From Tricharina praecox (Eukaryota), in NCBI RefSeq assembly GCF_024521635.1, contig NW_026250409.1, positions 1 to 64,000 of the forward strand: 64,000 nucleotides of DNA, written 5' to 3'. Below are positions 1 to 12,374 of the stretch, piece by piece. Each line of letters starts with the position of its first letter. The stretch's first letter is position 1. Below the pieces are notes generated by a model. The model saw only the letters and a list, made by a program, of their open reading frames with translations, ran no database searches and was not told the origin of the DNA. Both the position numbers and the translations under genes were made by a program.

Positions 1-177
1 CACCAAGGAGGAACAACAAGCCCAGAGTGCAGCTGAACGGTTGCACCAAATAGACGGTGTTGCCCGCAATCTAATGGAGTATGTCCAGGTACGGCAACAA
101 GAGGACTCCCACCGGTCCTGAACCCCCGCGTCAGCCTTTCAATCAGGCAACATGTTATGGGTTACTGGTAGGGACTG

Positions 178-867
178 TGTGACACCCCGATAGGTGTCGG
201 AGGTCACGACGGTCGCAAGAGATGTGATTACATAGTTCGGGTGATTGGAATAGAGTTGCGAGCCGAAGGGATAGTTAGAAGCGATCGAGGACAAGATAGG
301 AAGGAGAAAGCAAACGGATTCCAGAGTCTAGACAGTGATAGGAGATGCAGGAGAACGGGATAACAGTCCAGAGGACTTTGAGATCTCCGTTCATAGGGCC
401 CCGCAGTAGGAACTCCGATCCAGGGAAAAACTGTTATGACGAGAGAATCGAACATCAACCGATGGGGGCAGATAACTTCGAGCGAAGAACTCTGCCGGCG
501 CATGAGGGAGATAATTGCTTGGAAACTCCAATCTATCTTGGGCGCGTGGTGCTTACCACCTGCCTAGTCGAGAAGACTATCCGAAGAGAGCTGACGACGA
601 GTCGAGGCTAGGCCGCGGAACTCCGATGCAAAGGAAGCAACGGAGCTACTTCAGGCCGCACTCTAGAAGAAGCACGTGCTCAAGATCAGAACGGCTATAA
701 GTCGAATCGAGCGGGCAACCGAACCAAACTACAATCATCGCACCGAAAAAACCATCAAAGAAACACCCTTAAGATTATTCCGTTGTGAATTATCGAAATC
801 CCTGACTTTTATTCTACACTCGATATTACCATAGACTCTGACGACGCAAACTCGTTCCAGTCTCACA
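178..867 (+). mobile_element. Solo LTR, family B (690 bp)
   Basis: TGTGACACC...AGTCTCACA termini with a perfect 5-bp TSD GACTG (173-177 and 868-872). Related copies occur elsewhere in the window. Strand is relative to the other copies. Confidence 0.9.
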
Positions 868-874
868 GACTGGC

Positions 875-985
875 TGTCACAGTTCCGAAATCCTTGCCTT
901 AAGTAGCTACTTGGATGATGGCCTTCAGCCATCAAAATATTTTTTAATCGAGTGGTATAGTACTTACCCAGTGTACTTGATTACA
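875..985 (+). mobile_element. Solo 111-bp LTR of the TRIM family
   Basis: TGTCACAG...ATTACA with a near-perfect TSD CTGGC/CCGGC; matches the copies at 22945, 23243, 23457 and 29121. Confidence 0.88.
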
Positions 986-1418
986 CCGGCGCACCGAGAG
1001 ACCCAGTCGCAAGCTGGAGAACAAACACCATGGTCCCTATTGCGTGATTCGGACCATCAAAAGCCATGCCTACAAATGGGATATTCCAGACTCTGCTCAG
1101 AGGCACCGAACTTTTTCCGGTATCCCTCCTTCCCGCCTCCGCCCACTATCCTTTCCTGGGACTGATTCCACCGCCATTAATTCCGTTAATTGCGGACGAC
1201 CAAGAAGAATGGGACGTTGAAGAGATTCTTGACAGCCGGAACCTCCGGGGCAAACTCCAGTACATGGTAAAATGGAGGGGCTACGCGGCATCAACGTGGG
1301 AACCAGAGGAGAACTTTACCGAGGTACAAGCTGTGAACGGCTTCCATGGACTATACCCCATGCAGCCTGGACCAGTCAGACTTGCTCTCATGGGAACTCG
1401 AGCCTTAGGAAGGACTAC

Positions 1419-1931
1419 TGTCACGGCTCGCAACGGAATGACAAAGAAAGGGTCAGCGTAAGGATTAGCAGAGTTGGCACGCAGTGCACAGGTAGTGCAC
1501 CAGCTGTGCAAGGATACGTCGAAGAGGATTGGGTGTTTGTGCAGGAAGCAGGGGTAGTGCGGCTGCGCAGGGTATGAGTCACAGAAGCGGGGGTACTGGT
1601 AAGGTGGATTTCTCAGGGTCAAATACATGCCCACCGTCATTGTCGGGTTGCGGAAAGTAGAGGAGGATTTCAAATATAAATAGACTGTTGCCCCACTTTA
1701 CTTAGTTGTCCACGCAACAACTTATTAATTCAACAACAGTTACCTCTGTTCTCGTCTCGGCTGCCGTCTGCACTGTAGTTCCTGTCTCCACCCTTGTTTC
1801 TCAGTTGCCGTCTGCATTGAGTCCTTTCTTGTCTCGTCTCCCAGTCCCGCCTCGCCCTTGCTCAGCCCAGCTCCTGTCTATCTGTCCATCTGTCTTCGCT
1901 ACCTGGAGCCCAGCCAGACCGTGCCGTTACA
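1419..1931 (+). mobile_element. 3' LTR (family A, 513 bp) of the chromovirus remnant
   Basis: TGTCACGGCTCG...CCGTTACA directly after the PPT; TATA-like ATATAAATA at about 1674; many related copies in the window. Confidence 0.9.
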
Positions 1932-2229
1932 AAAAACCAGACTGAGAACGTAAACCTTTCTGAACGCTTACGCCAAAGCATGACTCAAAGGGCGTTCACA
2001 ATGGAGTTCCCCACGACAGAGTTGTCCGACCAGGTGCTTGGTGTATGGGTAGACTATATAGTCACTCGGCTATTGTAGCGGAAATCCCAACACCAGCACA
2101 CCAGAACAACCAAAACTACCCGCAATACCCCACTAAAATTTCTGGCTGTGAATTATGGAAATCCCTGACTTTTATTCTACACCCAATATCCATCAACACT
2201 CCAGTGTCCCAAAGCGTTCCAGTTCTACA
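1932..2229 (+). mobile_element. Partial LTR, family B variant (3' portion)
   Basis: Ends GTTCCAGTTCTACA and shares AAATCCCTGACTTTTATTCTACAC with 178-867; near-identical to the reverse complement of 23689-23955 and to 28782-28959. Confidence 0.75.
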
Positions 2230-2562
2230 GCGGCAGGCAACAGCGGAGCATCGGGTGAACTCCTGGGCAACAGCTTAGATGATTGGCCAGGACCACGGCA
2301 ATTCCAAACGGTCAAAGAACAACAACGCTGACAATCCGGAAGGGTTCTTCCTTGTCACACAAATTTATTTCCTCAACTTACCAAACAGATGCAGATGGAG
2401 GGCGGCACACGGCCGTGCAAAAGATTTGGATTGCCTGGTTTTTGTTTTCTGCTTTCCATACTTGTTTCTGTTTTACATCTGGTTGTTGTATTTTCTTGCG
2501 TCATAGGGTATAGCCCTAGGGCTCCAAACTATATGAATAATAAATAAATAGATAAATAAATA
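2230..2562 (+). mobile_element. Probable LINE 3' end with (TAAA)n tail
   Basis: T-rich 3'-UTR-like stretch followed by AATAATAAATAAATAGATAAATAAATAA, the type of tail seen on fungal Tad1-clade LINEs. No RT motif is visible. Confidence 0.45.
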
Positions 2563-2828
2563 AGTGGAGGGTTGAGGGTTGTGGCCTTAGCCCAATGTTG
2601 GCCCCAAGCAGTAGAGGCTTGGCATTGGGAGGTAGAGGGCTTGTATTGTGGCGTGGAGGGTTTGTGCTTAGTAGCTAGTCATCCGAGGGTGTGCCCTGTA
2701 CATTCAACCCTAAGTTGTGTGCCCTACCTTTCCATCCCCTTATCTGCCCAAAAATTTGAATTCCTTGAACTTTCCTACAAACCTCCACAACTCAACAACC
2801 CTCAGAGCCCCAAAACTCTCACAGCCGC

Positions 2829-3305
2829 ATGTGGCAACAAAACCACATACCAAGAGCCATCAAACCGATGTCTGATGATCTCAGCACAACTGCTGAGTTT
2901 ATATGTAAGAATTTTCCAAATCTTACATCAATCCCAAATTCATTGTTGTATGCAAAGCGGTTGACCAATGAAGACTCCACCAATGATGCTTTCTTGGGCA
3001 ATTCGAGACAGCCAGCCGTTGGTGATCACGTGAAGCTGATAGCGGTGTGGATGACTATTCCCGGCTCCGGCCGTGTTCAGAGCATCAAGTTGACCTCTTT
3101 CTCCGGCAACGATATTGGCTGGATCTGGAATGATCAGAAAGATGATATTCTTTCATTGATTGATACTGGAAGTGATGTCTTTGGCGTTGTCATCCGGAGC
3201 ATCCCATTCCGCTGGGATGGTTTAACCTCTTATAACGGACTTGTGAGATACTTTAGCGTACAGGTTGGTACCTGTTCTGATTTCCATAATCTCACTGACA
3301 CTTAG
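2829..3305 (+). CDS. Hypothetical 158-aa protein, possibly HIRAN-like
   Basis: Intact ATG-to-stop ORF. The pattern VGDHVKL...SIKLTSFSGNDIGWI....DILSLIDTG..VFGVV resembles the HIRAN layout by eye only. Confidence 0.35.
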   Translation: MWQQNHIPRAIKPMSDDLSTTAEFICKNFPNLTSIPNSLLYAKRLTNEDSTNDAFLGNSRQPAVGDHVKLIAVWMTIPGSGRVQSIKLTSFSGNDIGWIWNDQKDDILSLIDTGSDVFGVVIRSIPFRWDGLTSYNGLVRYFSVQVGTCSDFHNLTDT

Positions 3306-4305
3306 TAGCAGCCCAAGACGACCGGTACACACAAGCAGCTTGAACATGTATGTGTCTGCTTAACATATAATAGTTCAATTCACTGCTAATAGAGCTACAT
3401 CTAGTCCAGTCACAACGGTCATGTGTCTGAGCGTGAGATGAGCAGTGCTGCCCCTGCCGGTCAGTCTGATTGCACATAATAGCTGGTACACCCGCTCCTT
3501 GTAATGCTAAGATCTTGGATGCACTTTCAAAGGCTAACACTAGTGATGCTTATCGCAGCGCAGCCAATGTGAAGTGCACCTCAAGGCATCTACTCTTCGA
3601 TTCAAAGGTAATCATTGCAATCGCTGAATCAAATCTGACCAGTGTTCAATGATGGCTACCTCGCAAAAATTTCAGTAGAGTTTTCAGGCAATGCAACAGT
3701 CTCTGAGTCATACCTGTTTCCGGAAAATAAATGTGTTTCTCTTGATAGAGTGGGTAACACCAAGATGCGATGATAAACTCCGATGTTCATGCTCTCATAG
3801 TGCTTAGTACAACGGTGTATAACAGCTTTGACGCGCATGTTGAAGCTGTGATTGGCCAATATTGAGCAATAGACAGCACTGCTATCAATGTCCAGTCTTA
3901 TTAAAAACCTTCACTCACAGTTAAAGCCTATCAATGCCTAGATATTGCAGGGGATTGTTCTAACTGGAGAACTGGGTGTTGCAAAGCAGTACAAACGGGT
4001 CAGAAACTGTATCCCAGATAAATCCTGCGCACCAGGGGGACAGATGCAGCTTGCCAGTTCTCTTCCTGCAATGCAGTAATAGCAATGGCACCGAGTGCTG
4101 ACAATTAGTGACGGTTGTGGAACTATACCATCACCATCTTGCTATCTACTACGGCCACACGCGATAAGTGATGGTACTTCTTCCGGCGATGGAGTGATAT
4201 CAGTGCCAACCGTTGCTGAACTATACCACCAGCAGCTTCATACTTACCATAGCCACATGCAATACTTATTGGTACTTTTCCATGCGATGATGCAAAAGTG
4301 GTAAT

Positions 4306-4858
4306 AGTCATGGCTCACGACGGAATGACAAAGGAAGGGCCGGTCCGAGGATATGAAGAGTTGGGAGGCAGTGCACCGGCAGTGCAAGGATGATTTGCAG
4401 AGGATTAGGCATGTGTGCAGGGAGCAGGGATAGCGCAGGAATAACTTGCAGAGGATTGGGGCTGTGTGCAGGAAGCACGGATAGCACGGATACGCAGGGT
4501 ATGAGTCACGGATGCGGGGGTACTGGCAAGGTGAATTTCTCAGGGTCTGGCACACGCCCACGGTCATTGTCAGGTTGTGGGAATAAGTGGATAATTTCTT
4601 ATATAAAGGGGCCGATGCCCCTCTGAACTTAGTTCTTCACGCAACAACTTGTTAATTCAACAACTGTTACCTCAATCCTTGCCTTGGCTGCCGTCTGCGC
4701 CGTAGTTCCTGTTCCCGCCCTTATTCCTCAGCTACCGTCTGCACTGAGTTCTGTCTTGCCTCGTCTTCGCGTCTCGTCTCCCCCTTGCCCAGGCCCGTTG
4801 CTGTTCATCTGTCCACAGGTCTTCGCTACCTGGAGCCCAGCCCGACCGTGCCGTTACA
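4306..4858 (+). mobile_element. Solo LTR, family A
   Basis: (A)GTCATGGCTCACG...CCGTTACA with a perfect TSD GTAAT (4301-4305 and 4859-4863). Confidence 0.92.
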
Positions 4859-5160
4859 GTAATTGTTAGCACTGAGGTATACAGAAGGTTCCCAGCCTAC
4901 ACCTGATCAGCTTCCAGCGTGCAAAAGCCTCATGCATTATTTGCTGGTCATTACCTGCTGGTACTCCTGCCCACTACACCGCAAAAGTGGTACAAATAAT
5001 ACTGAACTGGTAGTAACGATTCTGAACTTGTATTACTTCCAGTAGTGTGCCGAACATGGCAGTGGGGAAAATAAAAGGTAAGTAGTAAATGTTAGTACTG
5101 CTTCTAGCAAGGCAGCGATAACAGTGGCCTTCGGTACGTAGCATGACTGATGACTGTGGA

Positions 5161-5221
5161 TGAAATCAAGTATACTGGGAAACAACTATACCACTCGGCC
5201 AAAAAGTATTTTGTTAGCTAA
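5161..5221 (-). mobile_element. Partial TRIM LTR, cut by an LTR-A insertion
   Basis: TGAAATCAAGTATACTGGGAAACAACTATACCACTCGGCCAAAAAGTATTTTG aligns with the minus copy at 29121-29180. Confidence 0.75.
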
Positions 5222-5710
5222 TGTCACGGCTGGTGGCGGAATGGCGAACGGTGGGCTGACACAATGATTGGAAATATTGTGAGGCAGTGCACTGGCAGTG
5301 CAGGGATGAGCCGCAGAGGATTAGGGCTGTGTTCAGCGAGCAGAGATAGCGCAGGAATGAGTTGCAGAGGATTGGGGCTGTGTGCAGGACGCAGGGGTAG
5401 CGCGGATGCGCAGAGTATGAGTCACAGAAGCAGGGTACTGGTAAGGTGGATTTCTCAGGGTCTAGCACACACCCACGGTCATTTTCAGGTTGAGGGAAGA
5501 AGTGGATAATTTCCTATGTAAACAGGTCGTTGCCACTCTGTACTTAGGTCTTCACACAACAACTTGTTAATTCAACAACTGTTACCTCTGTCCTTGCCTC
5601 GGCTGCCATCTGGGCCGTAGTTCCTGTCTCCGCCATTGTTTCTCAGTTACCATCTGCACTGGGTCCCGCCTTTCCTCGTCTTCGCGACTCGTCTTGCCCT
5701 TGCCCGCCCG
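5222..5710 (+). mobile_element. 3'-truncated LTR, family A
   Basis: Starts TGTCACGGCTGG and is colinear with 4306-4858, but lacks the CCGTTACA end. Confidence 0.85.
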
Positions 5711-5749
5711 GGTTTCTGTCCACCGCTCCACCCTGCCCACCCTGCCCAT

Positions 5750-6125
5750 CCTCCTTGGGTCTAAACAAACAAAAAGTAGAAAGTAGATTGACAGTATATA
5801 TTGGTGTGGGCCTACATATCCGCTCCTCCTGCTGCCCTCTCGCCTCTCTTCCCCATCTTCCCCCTTTCCACTCCAAGAAGATATCACTGTATATCCTCAT
5901 CTCCTACTTCCTCGCAGCGGCCACAGACACAGTACCTTGCTGGGCACCCGTGCGCTACCCCTAATGCGATGCCTGCCTCCTCCTGATCCTCCTCCTGTAG
6001 GTCTGCTGGTGCTTTCCTCCCCACATCCGTCGTTCCTAGAAACTCTAAAATTGCCTCGCTGCACCGCTTATCGGCAAAAACTCTACTATCAACCACCTCT
6101 GTTTCCTTGTCTTCATTTCCTTCCT
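5750..6125 (-). mobile_element. LINE ORF2 C-terminal remnant
   Basis: Minus frame VFADKRCSEAILEFLGTTDVGRK followed by an acidic stretch, resembling the C-terminus of fungal non-LTR retrotransposon ORF2. Confidence 0.6.
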
Positions 6126-7763
6126 GACCTTTGACCAGAAGACTCTCTGTTGACTTCTCTACAGTGAGCAATTTTTGGCCAGAGATACTGAGAAGCGGAG
6201 TAGGGTTGAAAATGTTGAAAAACTATGAGTGAGTTCAATTGCTTGACTTATTCGCAAAACACAGCGGAACACCTGCTAGACATACCAGACAGAAGTAGAA
6301 GAAGAAGAAGTAAGTATGAGAATAACACGATTCCTTAGGCGTGCACTGGCATTGTGAGTATTACCAATATGAAAAATGTGCATTCATGTCCTGCACGAGT
6401 GATAACCAATGCAGTTCTGTCTAGAATTACAACAGGAAATGGAGATGTCGGACGAGTGCGTTTTTATGATATCTCGTTGCTAGCTTCTAGCGACTGGATG
6501 TGATCATTAACGCCATCCGGAAACACCCAGGAGCAGCGATGCGTGAGCGTGGCAGTAGATATGCATACCATGGTATAATCCGGCAGAGAAACGCATGTAG
6601 CAGCAGCCAGCCAAGCAGCAGCAAATGACCGGCCGCAAACCAAGAGCGGTTCCGCAAATCTGGTGTGTGGTTGAAACACCACAACCCTCGCGTGCCACCA
6701 TTCGTTTTGTGGCGTCTGCCGTATGCACCGTACGGAGCTGGAGATGTGGCGATGCTGAGCGCTGGGATAACTAGGCATTACCTACTTGATGTATGTAAGT
6801 AGGAAGTATGTGCTTCGTCGACTTCGCCGCTGCCTAATCAGCCCCGCCATCCTGCCGTCTATGGCGATCGATATATGTACCGTATGTACCGACATATATA
6901 CCACTCCACTTCTGGTTGACTAGCTTCACCAGAATACGACGATGCGCTGGCAGCACTGCATGATTCTCTGCATCGTTACCGCGGTTTTGGATGTTCTGCT
7001 GAGTGACATTCTGGCCAGTTATATGTATGTACTGAGAGACCTCCGACGGGTACGGGCAACTGGTGAGACTGATTGCATTAACCAGAAAGCAATAAGAAAG
7101 AAAGCAGCCTATGTTCTTCAGGCCGAACAACCTATAGTATCTCCGTTATGTCGAATACTTGAAGTAATAATGCCTGCGGTGGTAATAATGTCTTATGTGT
7201 CATGTTGAACGACAGAGGCGAACATAAAAGCAGCAATAGATAACATCTCAACGTCGAGGCGACCGCATCGGGTCTGGCCCCGAGCCCCACAGTACTTATT
7301 CATGCTGCTTATTGCTGACTCGTATTGTTCGATCGGAAGCGAAGTGCTAAGTTGCGCAGGAACCGAGTTCCCCCAGGTTCATCCGGGTGCCACGTTTCTC
7401 ACGGCAATATTCAACATCAAGTGCCGGGCCTACTGATGACTCTGGAAATGTTGCTCGCTGGGGAAATGGATGAGATCTCTTGGCGGAGTGTCGGCGGTGC
7501 ATAACACATCCATGTCACGAATTATCACTTGACCCCGTGACTGTGCGTTTATGGCTGGGAGCTGAGACTGAGGCCAAAACGTCACTAAGGTGCGTAGCAA
7601 GCGGCTATACGATGGAATCGGATGGCCTTATCGTCGTGTTTATCTCGTGCGTATCTTCGTTTCCTCACAGGGCCAGCACGTTGCAGAGATTAGGTACCAT
7701 CGTATTGTTCCATCCCCACCACTCGCGCCCAAATCTCAAGGTATCCACAAGCATTACACCCAC

Positions 7764-8992
7764 CTACGCCGAACTCCTCTGACCATCCACATCAATTAAG
7801 CTAGCCTCAACACTAACCGGCCCACCACCAACACGAGTCATGATAACTCTCGTGATCCCCTCTTTCAGCGGCTCGAGGAAAGACGCATCAAGGCCCTCGA
7901 CACCAGCTGCGGTGACATCCTGCTTCCATCCGGAAACACCGTCCAATCCTCCCTTCAAGCTGCCGAGGACGATGTCCTCGTTCTCCTCCAGGTAGTAGAT
8001 GACAGCATTTGGGCCCGCATCGAAAGTGTAGGCGGCGACGTTCTTACCGGCGAGACGGTTGATCTCGTCGACGACGCGGATGCAAGAGCGGCTGACATCG
8101 TTGAGGTAGAAGATCGGCGGGCTGGTGTCGAGACACACCGCGTGGAAAGAGTTGCTATCCGCCATGGTGAGGGCCGCGAACTCCTCAAAGTCCCGCTTTT
8201 CGATCGCGCGCTTCATGGCCTTCATCCTCTGCGGCACGACAATCTTGACGCGGTGGGGGAAGAGGGCGGAGGTAACGACGGTAGCCTGCATTCCCGCGGT
8301 GGACGAGACACCCTTCTTGGCAGCGGAGACGACCAGGATTGCGGCGCGCATCTGCGGCCAGTGCGAGGCCGGCGCGACCTCGAGCGCGAGCGAGTCGCTG
8401 CCGTCCTCTAACGTACCCTGCTCCCAGCTGACGTAGCCGCCGAAGAGACTGCGGCATGCCGAGCCGGACCCCTGCCGGGCGATCCGCGAGAGTTCGGTGG
8501 GGTTCTGCGGGAGCTGGTAGAGATCGGCGATGGCGCGAACAAGCGCGGCGAAGCCAGCGGCGGACGACGCGAGGCCGGCGGCGGTGGGGAAGTTGTTCTC
8601 GCTGACGATCTTGAGGGAGAGGGTGGAGAGCTTGGGGAGGGAGGAGTCGGCGGATTCGAGGGCGGCACGCAGGGCGCGGAGTTCCCGGAAACAGGCTTGT
8701 TGCCGCGCGCCGGAGACGTCTTGAAGCTCGCCATTGAGTGTGAGGGTGTCCTCCGTGAAGAGAGCACTGCAGGCAGCGGTCGTGTGCGTGCGAAGGTTGT
8801 CTTGCGAGAGGGTTACGGAGAGAGAAGAGTTGGTGGGGAGGTTGAGCTTCGCGTCGCGTTTGCCCCAGTACCTGGGGGTGTTAGTTGGGCGATGGTGGGG
8901 GTGGGGGCGGGGGCGGGGGCGGGGGCGTACTTGATGACAGCGATGTTGACCGGCGCCGTGGTCGAGGCGGCGTAGATCTTTGTGTCAGCCAT
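7764..8992 (-). CDS. MVD1: Diphosphomevalonate decarboxylase, about 389 aa; intron 8872-8930
   Basis: MADTKIYAASTTAPVNIAVIK|YWGKRD..LNLPTNSSLSVTL, NNFPTAAGLASSAAGFAA, ARQGSGSACRSLFGGY, DSNSFHAVCLDT, AYTFDAGPNAV. The GT-AG intron restores the frame. Confidence 0.97.
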
Positions 8993-9400
8993 TGATGTAG
9001 TGGTGATGGAATCGAAGCCGTTGATGTTTGGGAGGGATGACTTCTGGACGATGGTGGGGTTAGGTGGATAGCTATTGAGCTTCTTCGTGCTTCGTTCGTC
9101 GTTTCGTGAGATGGGTATTGAAGGAACACAACACGACGCGATTCGGGATTGGAATGGCAGCGGCGAGGTCAATTCACCGCTCCAAGAAATGCCGCCCCCT
9201 TTTTATTTCCTCAGATCCACTTCCCACGATTCCCTTCCCGACCACCTTCCCCGCCTCCCCAGCCCAACCAACCCATTCCTCCCTCGCACGCTAGCCTCCT
9301 TGCCAAGCCGCGCTTGAGCACTGACCGCATCTTCTTTCCAAGTCTTTTCTGACAACAAGTCCGCCACTTCACGATACAGCTCCGTCCACCTAAGACACCA

Positions 9401-10222
9401 ATGAGCGGCTCGAAAGACACCACCATCACCCCGGAATCGGCCTGCCCTGTGGACCCAGCCGCACGGAGCAGATGGAGCTCCCTCCTCAGCTTCGGCGGCG
9501 GGAGCAGCAGCAGTAGTACCTCCCCCACCACCCCGCATACATCACCAACCCCCACTGCCGGCACCGCCGCCGCCGAAACATGTCCGGTCGACCACACCGC
9601 ACGGGAAAAATGGGCGTCACTCGGCAAGAACAAACCCACGCCAGGTGTTCTTCCCGCCAACCACCCGAAACTCGACAGCACACGCGAGACGTCGACGATC
9701 CCCCGCGCGGCCGTCACCACTCCCTCCAACAGCGAGCACGTCGGCGTTGACCCGACGATATACGGCGCGCCCACGGGCAACTGGATCTACCCGTCCGAGG
9801 AAATGTTCTTCGCCGCGATGAAGCGCAAAGCGTTTGACCCGAAGGCGGCGGATATGCGCTCTATCGTGCCGATTCACAATGCCGTCAACGAGCGGGCGTG
9901 GAAGGAGATTAAAGAATGGGAGGCGGGCTGGGGCAGTGACAAGTGTGGCGGGCCGAAGCTGGCGAGCTTTGCGGGCGACTCGAAGAAAATGACGCCGAGA
10001 GCAAGGGTCAAAACACTCCTGGGGTATCATCCGCCGTTCGACAGACACGATTGGGTTGTGGATCGCTGTGGAAAGAAGGTGGAGTACGTTATCGATTTCT
10101 ACTCGGGAAAGCCAGATCCTCGACAACCAGAAAAGGTGTCGTTTTATCTGGACGTAAGGCCGAAACTAAGCATAGAGGGGGTGAAGATGAGAACTGCGAA
10201 GTGGGTTGGGTCGTGGTTCTGA
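9401..10222 (+). CDS. CYT2: Holocytochrome-c synthase family, cytochrome c1 heme lyase type, 273 aa
   Basis: Two CPV heme-regulatory motifs, WIYPSEEMFF, IHNAVNERAW, PFDRHDWVVDRCG, YVIDFY. WIYPSE is the c1-lyase flavour (symbol follows yeast naming). Confidence 0.9.
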   Translation: MSGSKDTTITPESACPVDPAARSRWSSLLSFGGGSSSSSTSPTTPHTSPTPTAGTAAAETCPVDHTAREKWASLGKNKPTPGVLPANHPKLDSTRETSTIPRAAVTTPSNSEHVGVDPTIYGAPTGNWIYPSEEMFFAAMKRKAFDPKAADMRSIVPIHNAVNERAWKEIKEWEAGWGSDKCGGPKLASFAGDSKKMTPRARVKTLLGYHPPFDRHDWVVDRCGKKVEYVIDFYSGKPDPRQPEKVSFYLDVRPKLSIEGVKMRTAKWVGSWF

Positions 10223-10390
10223 GGCAGGGGACGAAGGCAGTGTACGATAGATATCTCAGTGGGCATGTGTACCATATTCGCGTGAAGTAGGCTTGACGAA
10301 GCCGTTACGAATCTTGCTTTAAAACCTGACCAAAAGCGACATAGATATAATAATAAAGCGCAAGTAAACCAAGTGGAGCCCCTAGACTGC

Positions 10391-12374
10391 CTATTTGGTA
10401 TCAAAGTACTCCTCACACCTCTCCAGCAAATCCGCTTTCTTCCCCTTCGTGTCCAATCCAACTCCCTGCAAAAACTCCCTCAGCTGGACGACGGTGCATT
10501 TTACAAGCTGCCCCTTATCGTACATCGCTCTCAGATCCGTACCGGATTCTGCCTTTACCCTCTTCGGCTTCGGAGGTGCTGCCTCTCCAGCCTCCTCTTT
10601 GACCCTCTTCGTCCCCTTCTTCTCGGCCATCGGCGGCGGCAATCCACCAGCGGAATTCATCAACTCCTGTCTCCACTCCAGAACCAAATTTCCAACATGC
10701 CTATCGATAGCCTTATACTTCGGCACCGTCCTGTCGAGCAGATGCTCTGGCATATCCTCCTCCAGCGCGATGGCCTGTAGGATACGGTAGTGCCATTGCA
10801 GACTTGGGTTTTCGTATTTCTCTGGCTCGTATCCCTTTGGCATGTGCAGCTGCTTAACGATGGCGCGCATGCGGTCGATCAGTGCGGCGGAGGCTCTGTT
10901 GGAGGGAATTTCGGGGTTCGCACGGATATCGTCTGCGAAAGGGAGATGGACCATGTGGAAGCCTGGTGGCTGCAGTTGGCGCTCACTTACGGGGTCGATT
11001 TTTTCCAGCGAGGGGATGAGACAGCAGAGGCTTGGTGGGGAGTTGCGGCGGGTGATGGCCCACACCAGCGCTACTTTGTCAGACGCGGCAAGCTTGTTCA
11101 GGAGAGCGGTGAAGGTGCGGGTCGAGCCGACGTAGTCCTTTTCGTCCGGGTAGACGAATTGTGCGGGCTTTACGTTATAGTGGAATTTCAGCGCGGCGGA
11201 TGATTTGAAGCCGATTATGCGGATCCCCGGGGTGCCGAAGTTGCGCATCGCCTTCATTTCTTCCTCCAAGAAGACGATCTGCTCGCCGCCGAATTTGTAT
11301 GCCTTCTGGATTTCGGTCTTGACGAGAAGCTGGGCGGTGAATTCGGCGTGGAAAGTAGTGGTGCCTTTCACGATCTGGGCTTGCTCGCCGCCTGTGTAGA
11401 TGTAATGCGATCGCCCCTTTTCTTGTTTCTTGTAAAGGATGTACCCCTTGACGCCGATGCTGAGTCCCGGGCCGATCTCGAGCGTGGTGGAAAACTGTGA
11501 TCGCTTTGCTGTGGCTTTGGAGCGGATGGTGCTGATCATCTCCTTCAGCCTCGTCGTACCGCTGGCGGTAACAGGCAGCACCCTATCCTCCTCTTCATCG
11601 GAATACGCAGGGCGGTAGATGATATCGTCGTAGAATTTCCCGGGATCGAACGCCGACTTGCGGCCGGGATTGGAGATGTAGAACGGGTCAATCTGTACAC
11701 CGAGGTCGTACAGATCCCTAGCGCGGGTGATGGCGCTGTTCTTCAGCGCCTTGTCATTTGCGTGGGGATCGTCATCGTCAGTGATCAAGAACAGCTTCCG
11801 GCTCTGGAAGTTGGCAGCTTTGGTCGTGAACGTCTGGTTTGCACCGAAGAGGACGTTCGCCATCGACACTGTCTCTCCGCAAGGAACAAGAAGTTCATCG
11901 AACGCGTCGTCGTCCTCAAGCAACGTCTTCAGCCGTTTGATACTCGCCACATCTGGAACGTCGAGATCCATCAGAAGGTACATATGTTCGAACCCTGCGC
12001 CGCCGCCTGTGAAGCTTGTTTCTTTTGTCCCGAAAAGCAAGATCCCCATCATGTCGTTTGGATTCGAGATGATCCGCGATTGCAGGATGGAGTAGGCGCA
12101 TTCCAACGCGGTGCGTACGGCGGAGGTGCGGGGCGGCGTCGCTTTTTGGGGGTTGTCATCAGGAGATGGGGTGTGCTCTGCTAGCATGCTTGGGGAGACG
12201 TGGATCGCGAAGAGAATGGCATCTTTTTGGTCTTTGTAACGCTGCGATGAGCCGTTGAATTAGCTAGAGTTCTGACGGGGAGAAACAGTGGCAGTTGCAT
12301 ACCGAGACGTCCTCCTCCTCTTCTTCCTCATCAACCTCGTCGTCTTTGGGGGACCATTTTGTAGAGCCAGACAT
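10391..12374 (-). CDS. KU70: Ku70 NHEJ DNA end-binding subunit, about 640 aa; intron 12242-12302
   Basis: Acidic exon 1, then KDAILFAIHVSPSML (vWA), RKLFLITDDDDPH, FVYPDE..YVGSTRTF, HLPFADDIR, YENPSLQWHYRILQAIAL and a C-terminal SAP domain (TVVQLREFL...GKKADLLER). Confidence 0.97.

Larger units (their letters stand above)
1..1418 (+). mobile_element. Degenerate Ty3/Gypsy (chromovirus) integrase C-terminus plus chromodomain and PPT, interrupted by two solo LTRs
   Basis: After removing the inserts and their TSDs the frame reads AFQSGNMLWVTGRDWRTERPSRKLENKHHGPY (GPY/F region). ORF 1066-1461 gives EEWDVEEILDSR..QYMVKWRGY..TWEPEEN (chromodomain). A purine-rich AGCCTTAGGAAGGACTAC precedes the LTR at 1419. 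Stops and a frameshift are present. Confidence 0.9.
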
